DNA from: Bryobacterales bacterium
GTDB taxonomy: Bacteria; Acidobacteriota; Terriglobia; Bryobacterales; UBA6623
DNA: 64,000 nt
NCBI GenBank assembly: GCA_965214655.1
Contig: OZ243965.1
Coordinates: 3,876,050 to 3,940,049 of the forward strand
Direction: 5' to 3'
Below are positions 19,022 through 28,222 of the stretch, one piece after another (position 1 is the first letter of the stretch; the number at the start of each line of letters is the position of its first letter). Under the pieces are notes generated by a model. It saw only the letters and a program-made list of their open reading frames with translations. It was not told where the DNA came from and ran no database searches. The position numbers and the translations under genes were made by a program.

Positions 19022-19119
19022 AAGGGACTTCAGCGCCAGTTTAACATAGTGGAAACTCCCTTCGAGAGTCGATCCAATGACCGACCGCCCCGCGTGAAGT
19101 AGTAAACTGTTCCGAATCC

Positions 19120-20100
19120 GTGCGCTGCCTTGCCGCCTTCGTCTGTTTCGCTCTTTGGGGCTGCGGCGCCGAGCGCTCGGTTCACCGCTTCCGCTACGCC
19201 AATTCCCAGCCGCCGCAGCACCCGCGCAGCCTTTCCATGGACTTTTTCGAGAAAGAGCTCGAGAAGCGCGCCCGAGGCCGCATCGACGTAGAGACGTATT
19301 ATTCAGGCGTCCTCGGACAGGAGCGCGAGTTGATGGACATGGTGGCGCTCAATATTTTGCAAGGAACCCGCGGCGGATTTTTCGCCGACGCTTCCCCGAA
19401 GTACACGCTGTTTCTGTTGCCGTTTCTGGTCGAGGACTGGGATCAGGCGCTGCGGCTGGTCAACAGCGAGTTCGCGGCGCGCATCAATCGCGGGGCAAGG
19501 AAGAACGGTTTTCACGTTCCGGCTTGCGGCATCTCGCAGGGCTTCCGCGCGCACACCACCAGCGTGCGGCCGATCCGGCGTCCGGAAGATTTCAGCGGCC
19601 TGAAAATGCGCGTCCCCTCGCAAGAGGCGAACGTGATTACCGCGCAAGCCTTCGGCGCGAACCCGCAGGAACTGCCCTTCACCGAGGTCTATCAGGCGGC
19701 CAAGACGGGCGTCATCGACGGCCAGGACAACGCGCCCTCCAACCTGTGGGACATGCGCATTCACGAAGTCCAGAAATATCTGACGATCTCCAATTACAGC
19801 ACCGGTCCGGACCCCTTCATGGTCAACCTCGACTGGTACGAATCGCTGCCCGCCGACTTGCAGGGGATTTTCGACGCAGTCGCCCGCGAAGCGATCGCCT
19901 ACAGCGACCGGATGAATCGGGAAAGCGAGGAAGAGTACATCCGCAAGCTCTCCGAGCGCCTGGAGACGAACTACATCGAAGGCGCCGATCTGGACCCCTT
20001 CCGCGAGGCTGCGCGTCCGGTTTACGACTATCTCATCGGCAAAGGCTATTTCACCTGGGAAGAAGTGCAAGAAGCCCGCCGCGCGGCGAGGGGGGAGTAG
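19120..20100 (+). CDS. dctP: TRAP transporter substrate-binding subunit
   Basis: DctP-type sequence, followed by small and large TRAP permease genes in canonical order. Confidence 0.8.
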   Translation: MRCLAAFVCFALWGCGAERSVHRFRYANSQPPQHPRSLSMDFFEKELEKRARGRIDVETYYSGVLGQERELMDMVALNILQGTRGGFFADASPKYTLFLLPFLVEDWDQALRLVNSEFAARINRGARKNGFHVPACGISQGFRAHTTSVRPIRRPEDFSGLKMRVPSQEANVITAQAFGANPQELPFTEVYQAAKTGVIDGQDNAPSNLWDMRIHEVQKYLTISNYSTGPDPFMVNLDWYESLPADLQGIFDAVAREAIAYSDRMNRESEEEYIRKLSERLETNYIEGADLDPFREAARPVYDYLIGKGYFTWEEVQEARRAARGE

Positions 20101-20104
20101 GCCG

Positions 20105-20584
20105 ATGCCGTCGTCCGCGCCGGCGCGCAAGCTCTCCGCCGTGCTGGAGGCCGTTCTGACGTTTGCTCTGTTTTTGATTTTCGCCATGATCGCGGCGCTC
20201 GTCGTTCTGCGCTACTTTTTCGGCGCCGGAGTAGTCGGCGCCAATGAGGGCGCGACGATCGTTTTCGTCTACGCTTCGTCGCTCGGGGCGGCGCTGGCCG
20301 CGGGCAGGGAGGAGCACATCCGCGTCGGGTATCTGGTGGAGCGCTGCGGAGAACGCGGCCGCCGGGCGGCCGATGCGGCGGCCCTGGTTCTGGCCGGCCT
20401 GTTCAACGTCGTGCTGGTCGAGCGCGGCATCGAGTGGATCCGCGTCACCGGCGGCTACCTGATGCCGGCGACGCAACTGCCCCGCCTCGCCGCGCAGATC
20501 AGCGTGCCGCTCGGTTGCGGCCTCGCGGCGCTCTATTGCTTCGCGCGCCTGGCCGAGACATTGCGCGGGGGCTCCGGCGAATGA
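20105..20584 (+). CDS. dctQ: TRAP transporter small permease subunit
   Basis: 159-aa 4-TM protein between the dctP and dctM homologues. It has an ATGA overlap with the next gene. Confidence 0.8.
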   Translation: MPSSAPARKLSAVLEAVLTFALFLIFAMIAALVVLRYFFGAGVVGANEGATIVFVYASSLGAALAAGREEHIRVGYLVERCGERGRRAADAAALVLAGLFNVVLVERGIEWIRVTGGYLMPATQLPRLAAQISVPLGCGLAALYCFARLAETLRGGSGE

Positions 20585-21861
20585 TCCCGCTTCTGTTCGT
20601 TTCCCTGTTGCTGCTGATCGCCTTCGGCGTGCCGGTCGCCTATGCGCTCGGGCTTTCGGCGCTGCTCTATTTCCTCGTGGACGATCCCCAACTGATCCTG
20701 GTGCTGCCGCAGCGGCTGTTTTCGGGATTCGATTCGTACGCCCTGATCTGCCTGCCGCTTTTCATTCTGATGGGCCAAGCGATGAACGCAGCGCGGATCA
20801 CTGCTCAACTGATCGATTGCAGCTTGATTTTTGTCGGCCGCTTTCGCGGAGGTCTGGGCTTGGTCAACGTTCTGGCCAGCATGTTGTTCGGCGGGATCTC
20901 GGGTTCGTCGGCTTCGGACACCGCTTCCATCGGCTCCGTCCTGATTCCCGAAATGGAGCGCCGCGGCTATCCGCGTCCGTTCGCGGCGGGGATCACCGTG
21001 GCCTCGGCGACGATGGGCATGATTATCCCTCCGAGCATCCCCATGGTTCTGTACGCCGTGGCTGCGCAGCAATCCGTGGGGCGGCTTTTTTTGAGCGGAG
21101 TGCTTCCCGGCCTGCTGGTGGGCGCGCTGCAACTCGGTCTGACGGTTGCGGTTGCGCGCAGGCGGAACTACCCGCGGGAAGACGCGCCGCGCGGCTTGGG
21201 TCATGCCGTTCGTGAAATCGCGCGCTCGCTGCCGGTGCTGTGCATGCCGGTTTTCGTTGTCGGCTCCGTCGTGCTCGGCATGGCCACGGCTACGGAATCG
21301 GCGGCGCTCGGCGTGCTTTACGCTCTGCTCGTCGGCTTCGTCGTCACGCGGGCGCTGACGCTCGCGGCGTTCCGCGACTGCCTGCTGTCGGCGGCCTTGA
21401 CCAGCGCCAAGATCATGCTGATTATCGCCATGTCGCAGGCGTTCATCTGGGTGCTGGCGCTGGAGCGCGCGCCGCAGGCCATCGCCGACGCCGTCGCCGC
21501 GCTCGGTCTGGGCGTCACGGGAACGCTGCTGTTGATCGACCTGATCGTGCTTGCGGCCGGAACGGTGATCGATGTCAGTCCGGCGATCCTGCTGCTGACC
21601 CCGGTGTTCCTGCCGGCGCTCGAGCAGGCCGGGGTTTCGCCGATTCTGTTCGGGGTGCTGCTCGTCTCGGGTCTCGCGGTCGGGGCCTGCACGCCGCCGG
21701 TGGGCACGTGCCTGAACGTCGGCGCCGCGATCTCCGATCTCGGCATCGGCACGATTTTCCGCGGCGCGGCGCCGTTCCTTGCGGCCAACGTCGCGGCGCT
21801 GCTGCTGCTGACCTTGTTCCCCGACCTGGGGCTTTGGCTGCCCAATCTGTTGATGGAGTGA
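20581..21861 (+). CDS. dctM: TRAP transporter large permease subunit
   Basis: ATG at 20581 gives MIPLLFVSLLLLIAFGVPVAYALG..., a typical DctM N-terminus. The upstream part of track ORF 20434..21861 overlaps dctQ and is unlikely to be translated. Confidence 0.85.
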   Translation: MIPLLFVSLLLLIAFGVPVAYALGLSALLYFLVDDPQLILVLPQRLFSGFDSYALICLPLFILMGQAMNAARITAQLIDCSLIFVGRFRGGLGLVNVLASMLFGGISGSSASDTASIGSVLIPEMERRGYPRPFAAGITVASATMGMIIPPSIPMVLYAVAAQQSVGRLFLSGVLPGLLVGALQLGLTVAVARRRNYPREDAPRGLGHAVREIARSLPVLCMPVFVVGSVVLGMATATESAALGVLYALLVGFVVTRALTLAAFRDCLLSAALTSAKIMLIIAMSQAFIWVLALERAPQAIADAVAALGLGVTGTLLLIDLIVLAAGTVIDVSPAILLLTPVFLPALEQAGVSPILFGVLLVSGLAVGACTPPVGTCLNVGAAISDLGIGTIFRGAAPFLAANVAALLLLTLFPDLGLWLPNLLME

Positions 21862-21934
21862 CGGCGCGGCGCTCACAGTCCGCGGTGAAAGCGTGGGGAA
21901 AGCCCCGTGGGAGGCGCGGCGGGATCCTGTGGTG

Positions 21935-22021
21935 TTTTGCCGGCCCGCGCAAGCGGTTTTGCCGGCCTGCGCAAGCGGCTTTGCCGGCCCGCGCAAGCGT
22001 CTTTTTGGCCCGCGCAAGCGG
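21935..22021 (+). repeat. Four tandem 21-22-bp units, each T-run + GCCGGC + CCGC-GCAA-GCGG mini-hairpin
   Basis: Units at 21935-21956, 21957-21978, 21979-21999 and 22000-22021, read directly. They lie in the intergenic space between convergent dctM and the PqiC-like gene. Confidence 0.8.
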
Positions 22022-22055
22022 TTCGGCGAGGAGTGGGAATGGCGGCGCCGGAGGC

Positions 22056-22667
22056 TCAGTCGATGGAGCGCAAATAGCTGTCGAGCTTGCCGGCCAATTC
22101 GTCGATTCCCTGGTCGGCGGCTTGACTCAGTCCGCGGACCACCGAGCGCACGTCGGCGCTCGCGACCGGCCCCGTTTTGGTGGCGGCAGCCGACCAGACG
22201 ACCTCCGCGCTTTTGCCGTCGATCAGTTCCAGGGAAATTGCGACCGCAGCGGAGACCGGAGGGTCGTAATCTACTTCTTCCAGCCTGTCGATGCTGCCGC
22301 GCAGGATGTAGTCGCCCTTGGCGCGGCCGTCGAAGAGGGTCAGGCCGGCAAAGCTGCCTCGGGCCAGAAGCTGTTTGATCAGCGCCTCGGCGATTTTGGC
22401 CCGCGGGTTCTCCGCCCATTTGTGGTACTCGTAAAAGCCGACTTCCTCGCGCGACTCACGGTAGACGATGCGGTTGCGGTCGACGATTCCGGCCGTGCGG
22501 AACGGCATCACGACGCCGGAGAACTCAAGACGCTGCGGCGCGGGCGCGGGCGCTGCAAGATCGAGGGTGTAATAGCGCGTAAGCGGTATCTTTCCGCCGC
22601 CGCAGCCCCACAGGACAAGCAGCGCCGCGCCCCCGACGGACAGGCGTAAATTACTGACGGAAAACAT
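22056..22667 (-). CDS. PqiC/YmbA-like (DUF330) transport-associated lipoprotein
   Basis: Start at ATG 22667 gives MFSVSNLRLSVGGAALLVLWGC (lipobox), then the LTRYYTLD signature of the DUF330/PqiC family. Confidence 0.6.
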   Translation of the reverse strand: MFSVSNLRLSVGGAALLVLWGCGGGKIPLTRYYTLDLAAPAPAPQRLEFSGVVMPFRTAGIVDRNRIVYRESREEVGFYEYHKWAENPRAKIAEALIKQLLARGSFAGLTLFDGRAKGDYILRGSIDRLEEVDYDPPVSAAVAISLELIDGKSAEVVWSAAATKTGPVASADVRSVVRGLSQAADQGIDELAGKLDSYLRSID

Positions 22668-22918
22668 AGAATCGACCGCGCCTTGGATCACGGCGCCATG
22701 CGCAAGATCTTATCAAGGAGCGCCTGCATGCCTGACGCCGGTTGATTGCTCATTCTGTAGACTCTGAGACGCAGCACAAACATGCCTGCAACAGGATGCG
22801 CGTAAGCGAAGGATACCAACAGGCGTTTGCAGAGACCAAGTTCACGGCCGCCGACTCCCGGCAACGGCGCTTGGATGCTTTGCTGCCGGCCGCGTGCGCC
22901 TGGGTGTAGAGCAGACGG

Positions 22919-23605
22919 TTAGCCGCCCGGCATCGCGCTTGCCGAATCGGGAGCGGGTTCCGGCTTGCGCATGCGGGCCTCGGCTTCGAGCAGCGCCAGC
23001 CTTTCGTTGAGATTGGCCATCGTCTGGCCGACGGGGTCGGGCAGTTGGCCGTGCTCGAGCATCTGCCACTCGTCCGCGGTCATGGCTACGCCTTTCACCG
23101 CAACGACCCTGCCGGGAATGCCGACCACGGTCGAGTGCGCGGGGGCGGGCTTGACCACGACCGACCCCGCCCCGACCTTGACCCACTCGCCGAGCTCGAT
23201 GTTGCCCAGAACCTTGGCCCCCGAGCCGATGACCACGTGGTTGCCCAGCGTCGGGTGGCGTTTTTCTTTTTCGTGGCCGGTCCCGCCGAGAGTGACGCCC
23301 TGGTAGAGCAGCACGTCGTCGCCGATGACGGCGGTTTCGCCGATGACGACGCCCATGCCGTGGTCAATGAAGAAGCGGCGGCCGATGCGGGCGCCCGGGT
23401 GGATTTCGATGCCCGTCATCCAGCGGGCGAAGTGCGAGAGCAGCCGGGAGACGACGTAGAGGCCCTTGCCGTAAAGCCAGTGCGAGACCCGATGGATCAG
23501 GATTGCATGCACTCCCGGATAGCAGAGCAAGACCTCCAGCGCGCTCTTGGCCGCCGGGTCGTGCTTGAAGACGGCTTGGACCTGTTCTCGGATACCGTTG
23601 AACAT
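22919..23605 (-). CDS. cysE: Serine O-acetyltransferase
   Basis: [30 protein letters not shown], then left-handed beta-helix hexapeptide repeats. The ATG overlaps the upstream stop (TGATG). Confidence 0.85.
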   Translation of the reverse strand: MFNGIREQVQAVFKHDPAAKSALEVLLCYPGVHAILIHRVSHWLYGKGLYVVSRLLSHFARWMTGIEIHPGARIGRRFFIDHGMGVVIGETAVIGDDVLLYQGVTLGGTGHEKEKRHPTLGNHVVIGSGAKVLGNIELGEWVKVGAGSVVVKPAPAHSTVVGIPGRVVAVKGVAMTADEWQMLEHGQLPDPVGQTMANLNERLALLEAEARMRKPEPAPDSASAMPGG

Positions 23606-24777
23606 CACTGACTCCGGGATAACCGGTCACTGGTTGCCGGAGCGTGCGCGGCAGCGGCGGCCCTCGGGAAGAAACGCTGCGCCGCGGCCTCGCAAGCCAC
23701 CTGCGTCAAGCGGCCCGCGCTGTAGATCGTCGAGGCGTAATGTCCGCATTCGTGCGTGCAGAAGCAGCCGCCGGCGGCCTCGTCGGCGATCTTGCGGGCG
23801 TTTGGCGAGAACCAAAGCCTGGGGAAATCGTAGTCGACGTCCCGCAGGTTTCCGAGCGGCGAGTTCTTGATCTCGCACTCCGTTACGCCGCCGTTGCTGT
23901 AAATGACGCAGGCCAGGCGTCCGGAAACGCAGGAAAACTGCGGGCGCTGCGTGACGGCGGTCCGTTCGACGCTTGCGCGCACGCGGCGGTCGAGGGCGTG
24001 ATTGGCGGCGCCGAACGCTCCGCGGCGGAAGGCCCCCGAGCGGGAGTCGCGCGCAACCCGCTCGGCGAGACGGCGGTAGACGGCGGGATCCACTTCCGTT
24101 TGCGCGGGGTCGAGAGGGTTGCCGCGGCAGTAGTTGTACGCGGCGCCGTCAGGGTCGAAGAGGCGCTTCAACTCCTCGTGGATTTCGAGAATGTCGCGCT
24201 GGTTGTCTTTCATGACGGTCGTCAGCGTATGCACGATCAGATGCGGAAAACGCTCCCGCAGAGGCCGGATCGCCGCATACGTTGCCAGCAGCTTTGCGAA
24301 GGCTCCCGTCTTGCCGCGGATGCGGTCGTGCTTTTGCGCGTCGACGTGGTCGACGCTGAGATTGAGATGAAAGCGCATCGCCGGGGCGCCGGCGAGAACC
24401 GTTTCGAGCGTTTCCACCGTGCGCCGGGCATGCTGCCCGTTGGTGGGGACATAGACGTTGGCGACGCGGTTGGCCGCGTAGGCCGCCAGCAGGATCGCCG
24501 CCAGATCGGGTCTGAGGAACGGCTCGCCGCCGCCTATGAACAAGTTGTAGATTTCGCCCATCGAGGCCAGTGTCTTCTCGAATTCGGCCAAGGTGAAATC
24601 GTGGTTCGGCCGGGGGTTGAGCTCGTTCCAGTAGTAGCAGTGGATGCACCGCTCGTCGCATTTCGTCGTGACGTAGAGCGTGACGAAAGGGGGCGTAATG
24701 CGTCTGCCGAAGGCCGTTCGGGCCTTGACGCCGATGAAATGACGCAAGAAGCTTCTGCCTGCGGTCGGGGCGGTCAA
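23605..24777 (-). CDS. Radical SAM enzyme with SPASM/twitch-like C-terminal Cys cluster
   Basis: CDERCIHC (CxxxCxxC) near the N-terminus. C-terminal [19 protein letters not shown] ... CFCTHEC. The start is set at in-frame TTG 24777 ([15 protein letters not shown]...). The track ORF extends to 24963 across a palindrome, so the start is uncertain. Confidence 0.7.
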   Translation of the reverse strand: MTAPTAGRSFLRHFIGVKARTAFGRRITPPFVTLYVTTKCDERCIHCYYWNELNPRPNHDFTLAEFEKTLASMGEIYNLFIGGGEPFLRPDLAAILLAAYAANRVANVYVPTNGQHARRTVETLETVLAGAPAMRFHLNLSVDHVDAQKHDRIRGKTGAFAKLLATYAAIRPLRERFPHLIVHTLTTVMKDNQRDILEIHEELKRLFDPDGAAYNYCRGNPLDPAQTEVDPAVYRRLAERVARDSRSGAFRRGAFGAANHALDRRVRASVERTAVTQRPQFSCVSGRLACVIYSNGGVTECEIKNSPLGNLRDVDYDFPRLWFSPNARKIADEAAGGCFCTHECGHYASTIYSAGRLTQVACEAAAQRFFPRAAAAAHAPATSDRLSRSQ

Positions 24778-24879
24778 AGTAAAGGGCCGCGGCGGCCGCG
24801 CCCTCCCCAAACCATAGCAGGAGGGGCCGCGCGCTGCGGGTCGATGCGTTCCGGCGGCGGGTCCGGCAGTCCGGTTGAG

Positions 24880-24921
24880 GCAAACCCAAAACATTCTCTG
24901 AATCGAATGTTTTGGGTTTGC
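24880..24921. promoter_or_regulatory. Perfect 17-bp inverted repeat (GCAAACCCAAAACATTC-N8-GAATGTTTTGGGTTTGC) in a divergent intergenic region
   Basis: Read directly from the sequence. It is AT-richer than its surroundings and lies between the radical SAM/cysE operon and the E1 alpha/beta operon. Confidence 0.5.
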
Positions 24922-24961
24922 CCGATCGGCTTGCAAACCGCCCGGCCATGTTATATCGTGC

Positions 24962-25999
24962 ATGGATGGTATGGGCGCATTAGCTGTCGCATTCCCATCC
25001 GCGGAGGTAGACCTCGATCTGTCTCGAACGCTTCTGCATCACATGGTGATGATGCGGGAGTTGGAAGACCGCATCGAGACCAAGCTCTACCGGCAAGGGA
25101 AGGTCGTCGGCGGTTGTTATACCGGTCGCGGCCAGGAAGCGATTTCGGTCGGCAGCGCGATCCTTTCGCAGCCCGGCGACTGGCTGACGCCTTCGCACCG
25201 CGACATGGGAGCCCTGCTGATTCGCGGCATTGCTCCGAAAGAAATCCTGGCGCAGTACATGGGCCGCGCCGCGGGGTTGACGGGCGGACGCGACGGCAAC
25301 ATGCACATGGGCTGCGCCAGGCGCCATTGCGTGCCGATCATCTCGTCGATCGGCGCCAGCGTGCCCGTTGCCGGGGGGCTGGCGCTGGCGATGAAATACC
25401 GCGGGGAGTCGAACGTCGTCTTCAATTACTTCGGCGACGGCGCGACCAGCCGCGGCGATTGGCACGAGGGGCTCAACATGGCCACGGTGATGGCCCTGCC
25501 TATCGTTTATTTGTGCAATAACAACCAATACGCTTACTCGACTCCGCTCGCCGGCCAAATGAACATCGAGGACGTGGTCGAGCGGGCGCCGGGCTACGGC
25601 ATGCCGGCGGAGATCGTGTCCGGCAACGATGTTCTCGCGGTTTTCCAGGCGACGCAGCGGGCGTTGGAGCACGTGCGCGGGGGCAACGGGCCGTATCTTG
25701 TCGAGTGCAAGACATTCCGCATGAGCGGGCATTCCGCGCACGATCGAGCCGAATACGTCCCGGGGGCGCTGCGGGAAGAGTGGTCGCGGAAAGACCCGAT
25801 CCTGATGCTGCAGAAATACATGGTGGATCGGGAGTGGGCGACGGAGCAGGACTTCAAGCAGATTCGCAAGGGCGTTCTCGACGAGATCGACGCCGCCGTC
25901 GAGTGGGCGCTGGCGCAACCGTTTCCCGATCCCTCCACGCTCGAGGACGACGTTTACGAGACCGCGTCGGCCCGCGGGGGGTTCCGCCCGGCGCGGTGA
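24962..25999 (+). CDS. Thiamine-diphosphate-dependent 2-oxoacid dehydrogenase E1 component, alpha subunit
   Basis: MRELEDRIETKLYRQGKVVGGCYTGRGQEA and the GDGATSRGDWHEGLN TPP-binding motif. Confidence 0.85.
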   Translation: MDGMGALAVAFPSAEVDLDLSRTLLHHMVMMRELEDRIETKLYRQGKVVGGCYTGRGQEAISVGSAILSQPGDWLTPSHRDMGALLIRGIAPKEILAQYMGRAAGLTGGRDGNMHMGCARRHCVPIISSIGASVPVAGGLALAMKYRGESNVVFNYFGDGATSRGDWHEGLNMATVMALPIVYLCNNNQYAYSTPLAGQMNIEDVVERAPGYGMPAEIVSGNDVLAVFQATQRALEHVRGGNGPYLVECKTFRMSGHSAHDRAEYVPGALREEWSRKDPILMLQKYMVDREWATEQDFKQIRKGVLDEIDAAVEWALAQPFPDPSTLEDDVYETASARGGFRPAR

Positions 26000-26007
26000 A
26001 TGCAGAC

Positions 26008-26982
26008 ATGACCGAAACCAGCTATGTAGAGGCGATCCGCGCCGGCATCTGGGAAGAGATGGAGCGCGATCCGAACGTTTTCGTCATGGGAGAAGACGTT
26101 GCGGAGTACGGCGGGGCGTTCAAGGTTACAGCGGGGATGCTGGAGCGCTTCGGCAAGAAGCGCGTAGTGGACGCCCCGCTGTCCGAATCGGCCATCGTGG
26201 GCGCGGGAACGGGCGCGGCGATCAACGGGCTGCGCCCGGTGCTCGAAATGCAGTTTGCCGATTTCATGGCTTGCGGTTTCGATCAGATCACGAACTTCGC
26301 CGCCAAGTGCCGCTACCGCTGGGGGCAGCAAATTCCGATGGTGATCCGCGCCCCCGCGGGCGGAAACATCCACGGCGGCCCGTTCCATTCGCAAAACGTC
26401 GAGATGCCCTATGTGCACACGCCGGGGTTGAAGGTCGTGCAGCCGGCGACCGCATACGACGCCAAGGGCTTGATCAAGGCTTCCATCCGCGACAACGACC
26501 CGGTGATTTTCCTGGAGCACAAGTATTTGTACCGCTCGGTCAAGGAGCGGCTGCCGTCAGGAGACTATACGGTTCCGTTGAGCGAAGCCAAGGTCCGGCG
26601 CGCAGGAAGCGACCTTTCGATCGTCGCCTACGGCTGGATGACGCATATCGCGCTCGATGCCGCTGCGAAGCTGGCGGCCGAGGGAATCGACATCGAGGTT
26701 CTCGATCTGCGGACGCTGGCGCCTCTCGACCGCGAGGCGGTTCTGGCCACGGTGCGCAAAACCAACAAGGTCATTTTTCTGCACGAGGACACCTTGACCG
26801 GCGGCCTCGGAGGGGAACTTGCCGGCATCGTCGGCGAGCACGCTTTCGAGCACCTCGACGGCCCGATGATGCGCATCGCCGCTGCGGATACCCCGGTTCC
26901 CTTCAGCGAGCCGTTGGAGCAGGCGTTCCTGCCCGGAGTCGACGAAGTGATCGAGCAGGCGCGCAAGCTGCACCGCTACTGA
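26008..26982 (+). CDS. 2-oxoacid dehydrogenase E1 component, beta subunit
   Basis: ATG at 26008 gives MTETSYVEAIRAGIWEEMERDPNVFVMGEDV...GGAFKVT, a typical E1-beta N-terminus. It directly follows the alpha subunit. Confidence 0.9.
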   Translation: MTETSYVEAIRAGIWEEMERDPNVFVMGEDVAEYGGAFKVTAGMLERFGKKRVVDAPLSESAIVGAGTGAAINGLRPVLEMQFADFMACGFDQITNFAAKCRYRWGQQIPMVIRAPAGGNIHGGPFHSQNVEMPYVHTPGLKVVQPATAYDAKGLIKASIRDNDPVIFLEHKYLYRSVKERLPSGDYTVPLSEAKVRRAGSDLSIVAYGWMTHIALDAAAKLAAEGIDIEVLDLRTLAPLDREAVLATVRKTNKVIFLHEDTLTGGLGGELAGIVGEHAFEHLDGPMMRIAAADTPVPFSEPLEQAFLPGVDEVIEQARKLHRY

Positions 26983-27008
26983 GGCGCGGCGCCTGAGCGT
27001 CGCGCGGC

Positions 27009-28187
27009 CTATCTGCGCTCGACGAATTCGCTTGTAATGGCGGCGATGTTCGGCGTGCCCGCGAGCGACATGTCGTAGACCATCTCGGCGTGGAACAGAT
27101 CGAGCGCTTTCTCGACGCCGGCTTGACCGAACGCCCCGAGCCCCCACAGGTACGGCCTGCCGATGCATACCGCGTCGGCCCCGATGGCCAGCGCCTTGAA
27201 GACGTCGGTGCCGCGCCGAAAGCCGCTGTCGATCAGAATCGGGATTTTCTTGCCCACGGCCTCGACAATATCGGGGAGCGATTCGATGGTCGAAAACAAG
27301 CTGTTGAGTTGCCGCCCGCCGTGGTTCGACACCCACACGCCGTCCATTCCCCGGCGAACGCACTCCTCGGCGTCCTCGGGCGTCTGCACGCCTTTGGGGA
27401 TGAGCTTCATCTCGGTTGTTTTGCGGATGCGGTCGATCAGTTTCCAGTCGTAGCCTCTCTGGAACGTCTTCAGACGCGAGACGTCGAGGCCCCGGAAGTT
27501 TGCCTTTCGGCCGATGGATTCGGGGAATTCATACCTGTGGCAGACGTTGCAATCGACGCCGCTGGCGCGCTTGGCGAACTTCAGCGTCTCGCGGTTGGAA
27601 TGGGTCGCCGTGTCCACCGTCAGCGCAAGCAGGGGGCAGCCGGCATCCTCGGCCCGCCGGATCAGCCCCTCGGTTAGCGGCCATTCGGGCGTGGGGTAGA
27701 GTTGGAACCACAGCGGATGTCCGTAAGCTTTGGCGACGTCGCCGACGGACGTCGAAGACGTTGTGGAAAGGGTCATCTGATGTCCTTTGGCGCCGGCCGC
27801 GCGCGCCGCGGCCAACTCCCCCTCGGGGTGGAACGCCGCTTGCGAGCCGGCGGGCGAGAGGAAGATCGGCGAGGGATACTTGCGGCCGAACATCTCGATG
27901 GACATGTCGATCTTGCTGACGTCGTTGAACCGCCTGGGCCGGATACGGAACCGGTTGAAGCCCTCGCGGTTGGCCTGGATGGTCGCATCGTCGTCCGACC
28001 CGGTCATCAGGTAGCCCCAGTGCTGCGGCGCGATATTTTTTTGCGCGGCGTCTTTCAGATCGAACAAGTTGATCGCATCGTCGGGATTGCCGATAGTCTC
28101 CGGCGATGCGCTTGCAGCCGGCGAAAGAAACAGAGGCGAAGCGGCCAGGTGCTGCAGGAAGCGGCGACGGCACATAGCTTGTGACAT
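27009..28187 (-). CDS. FMN-dependent alpha-hydroxy-acid oxidase/dehydrogenase (glycolate/L-lactate oxidase family) with TAT-like signal
   Basis: CRRRFLQHLAASPLF signal. Family blocks VSNHGGRQL and DSGFRRGTDVFKALAIGA. Confidence 0.85.
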   Translation of the reverse strand: MSQAMCRRRFLQHLAASPLFLSPAASASPETIGNPDDAINLFDLKDAAQKNIAPQHWGYLMTGSDDDATIQANREGFNRFRIRPRRFNDVSKIDMSIEMFGRKYPSPIFLSPAGSQAAFHPEGELAAARAAGAKGHQMTLSTTSSTSVGDVAKAYGHPLWFQLYPTPEWPLTEGLIRRAEDAGCPLLALTVDTATHSNRETLKFAKRASGVDCNVCHRYEFPESIGRKANFRGLDVSRLKTFQRGYDWKLIDRIRKTTEMKLIPKGVQTPEDAEECVRRGMDGVWVSNHGGRQLNSLFSTIESLPDIVEAVGKKIPILIDSGFRRGTDVFKALAIGADAVCIGRPYLWGLGAFGQAGVEKALDLFHAEMVYDMSLAGTPNIAAITSEFVERR

Positions 28188-28222
28188 TGCGCTATAGCTT
28201 AGCGAATTGCTTCGCTATAATC

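Noticed and set aside
20533-22419. 628-aa minus-strand ORF across dctM and the tandem-repeat region.
   Set aside because: Extremely Arg/Gln/Asp-rich nonsense-like sequence, antisense to a well-supported TRAP permease.
24778-24963. 62-aa N-terminal extension of the radical SAM ORF up to ATG 24963.
   Set aside because: The extension would translate the perfect palindrome and overlap the divergent E1-alpha start (CATG). It has no radical-SAM-like sequence. An in-frame TTG at 24777 gives a family-typical N-terminus.
24962-26982. E1 alpha/beta pair without E2/E3 genes as an unusual orphan system.
   Set aside because: E1-only pairs are common (acetoin or BCKD-like systems with E2/E3 encoded elsewhere). 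Nothing in the sequence itself is anomalous.
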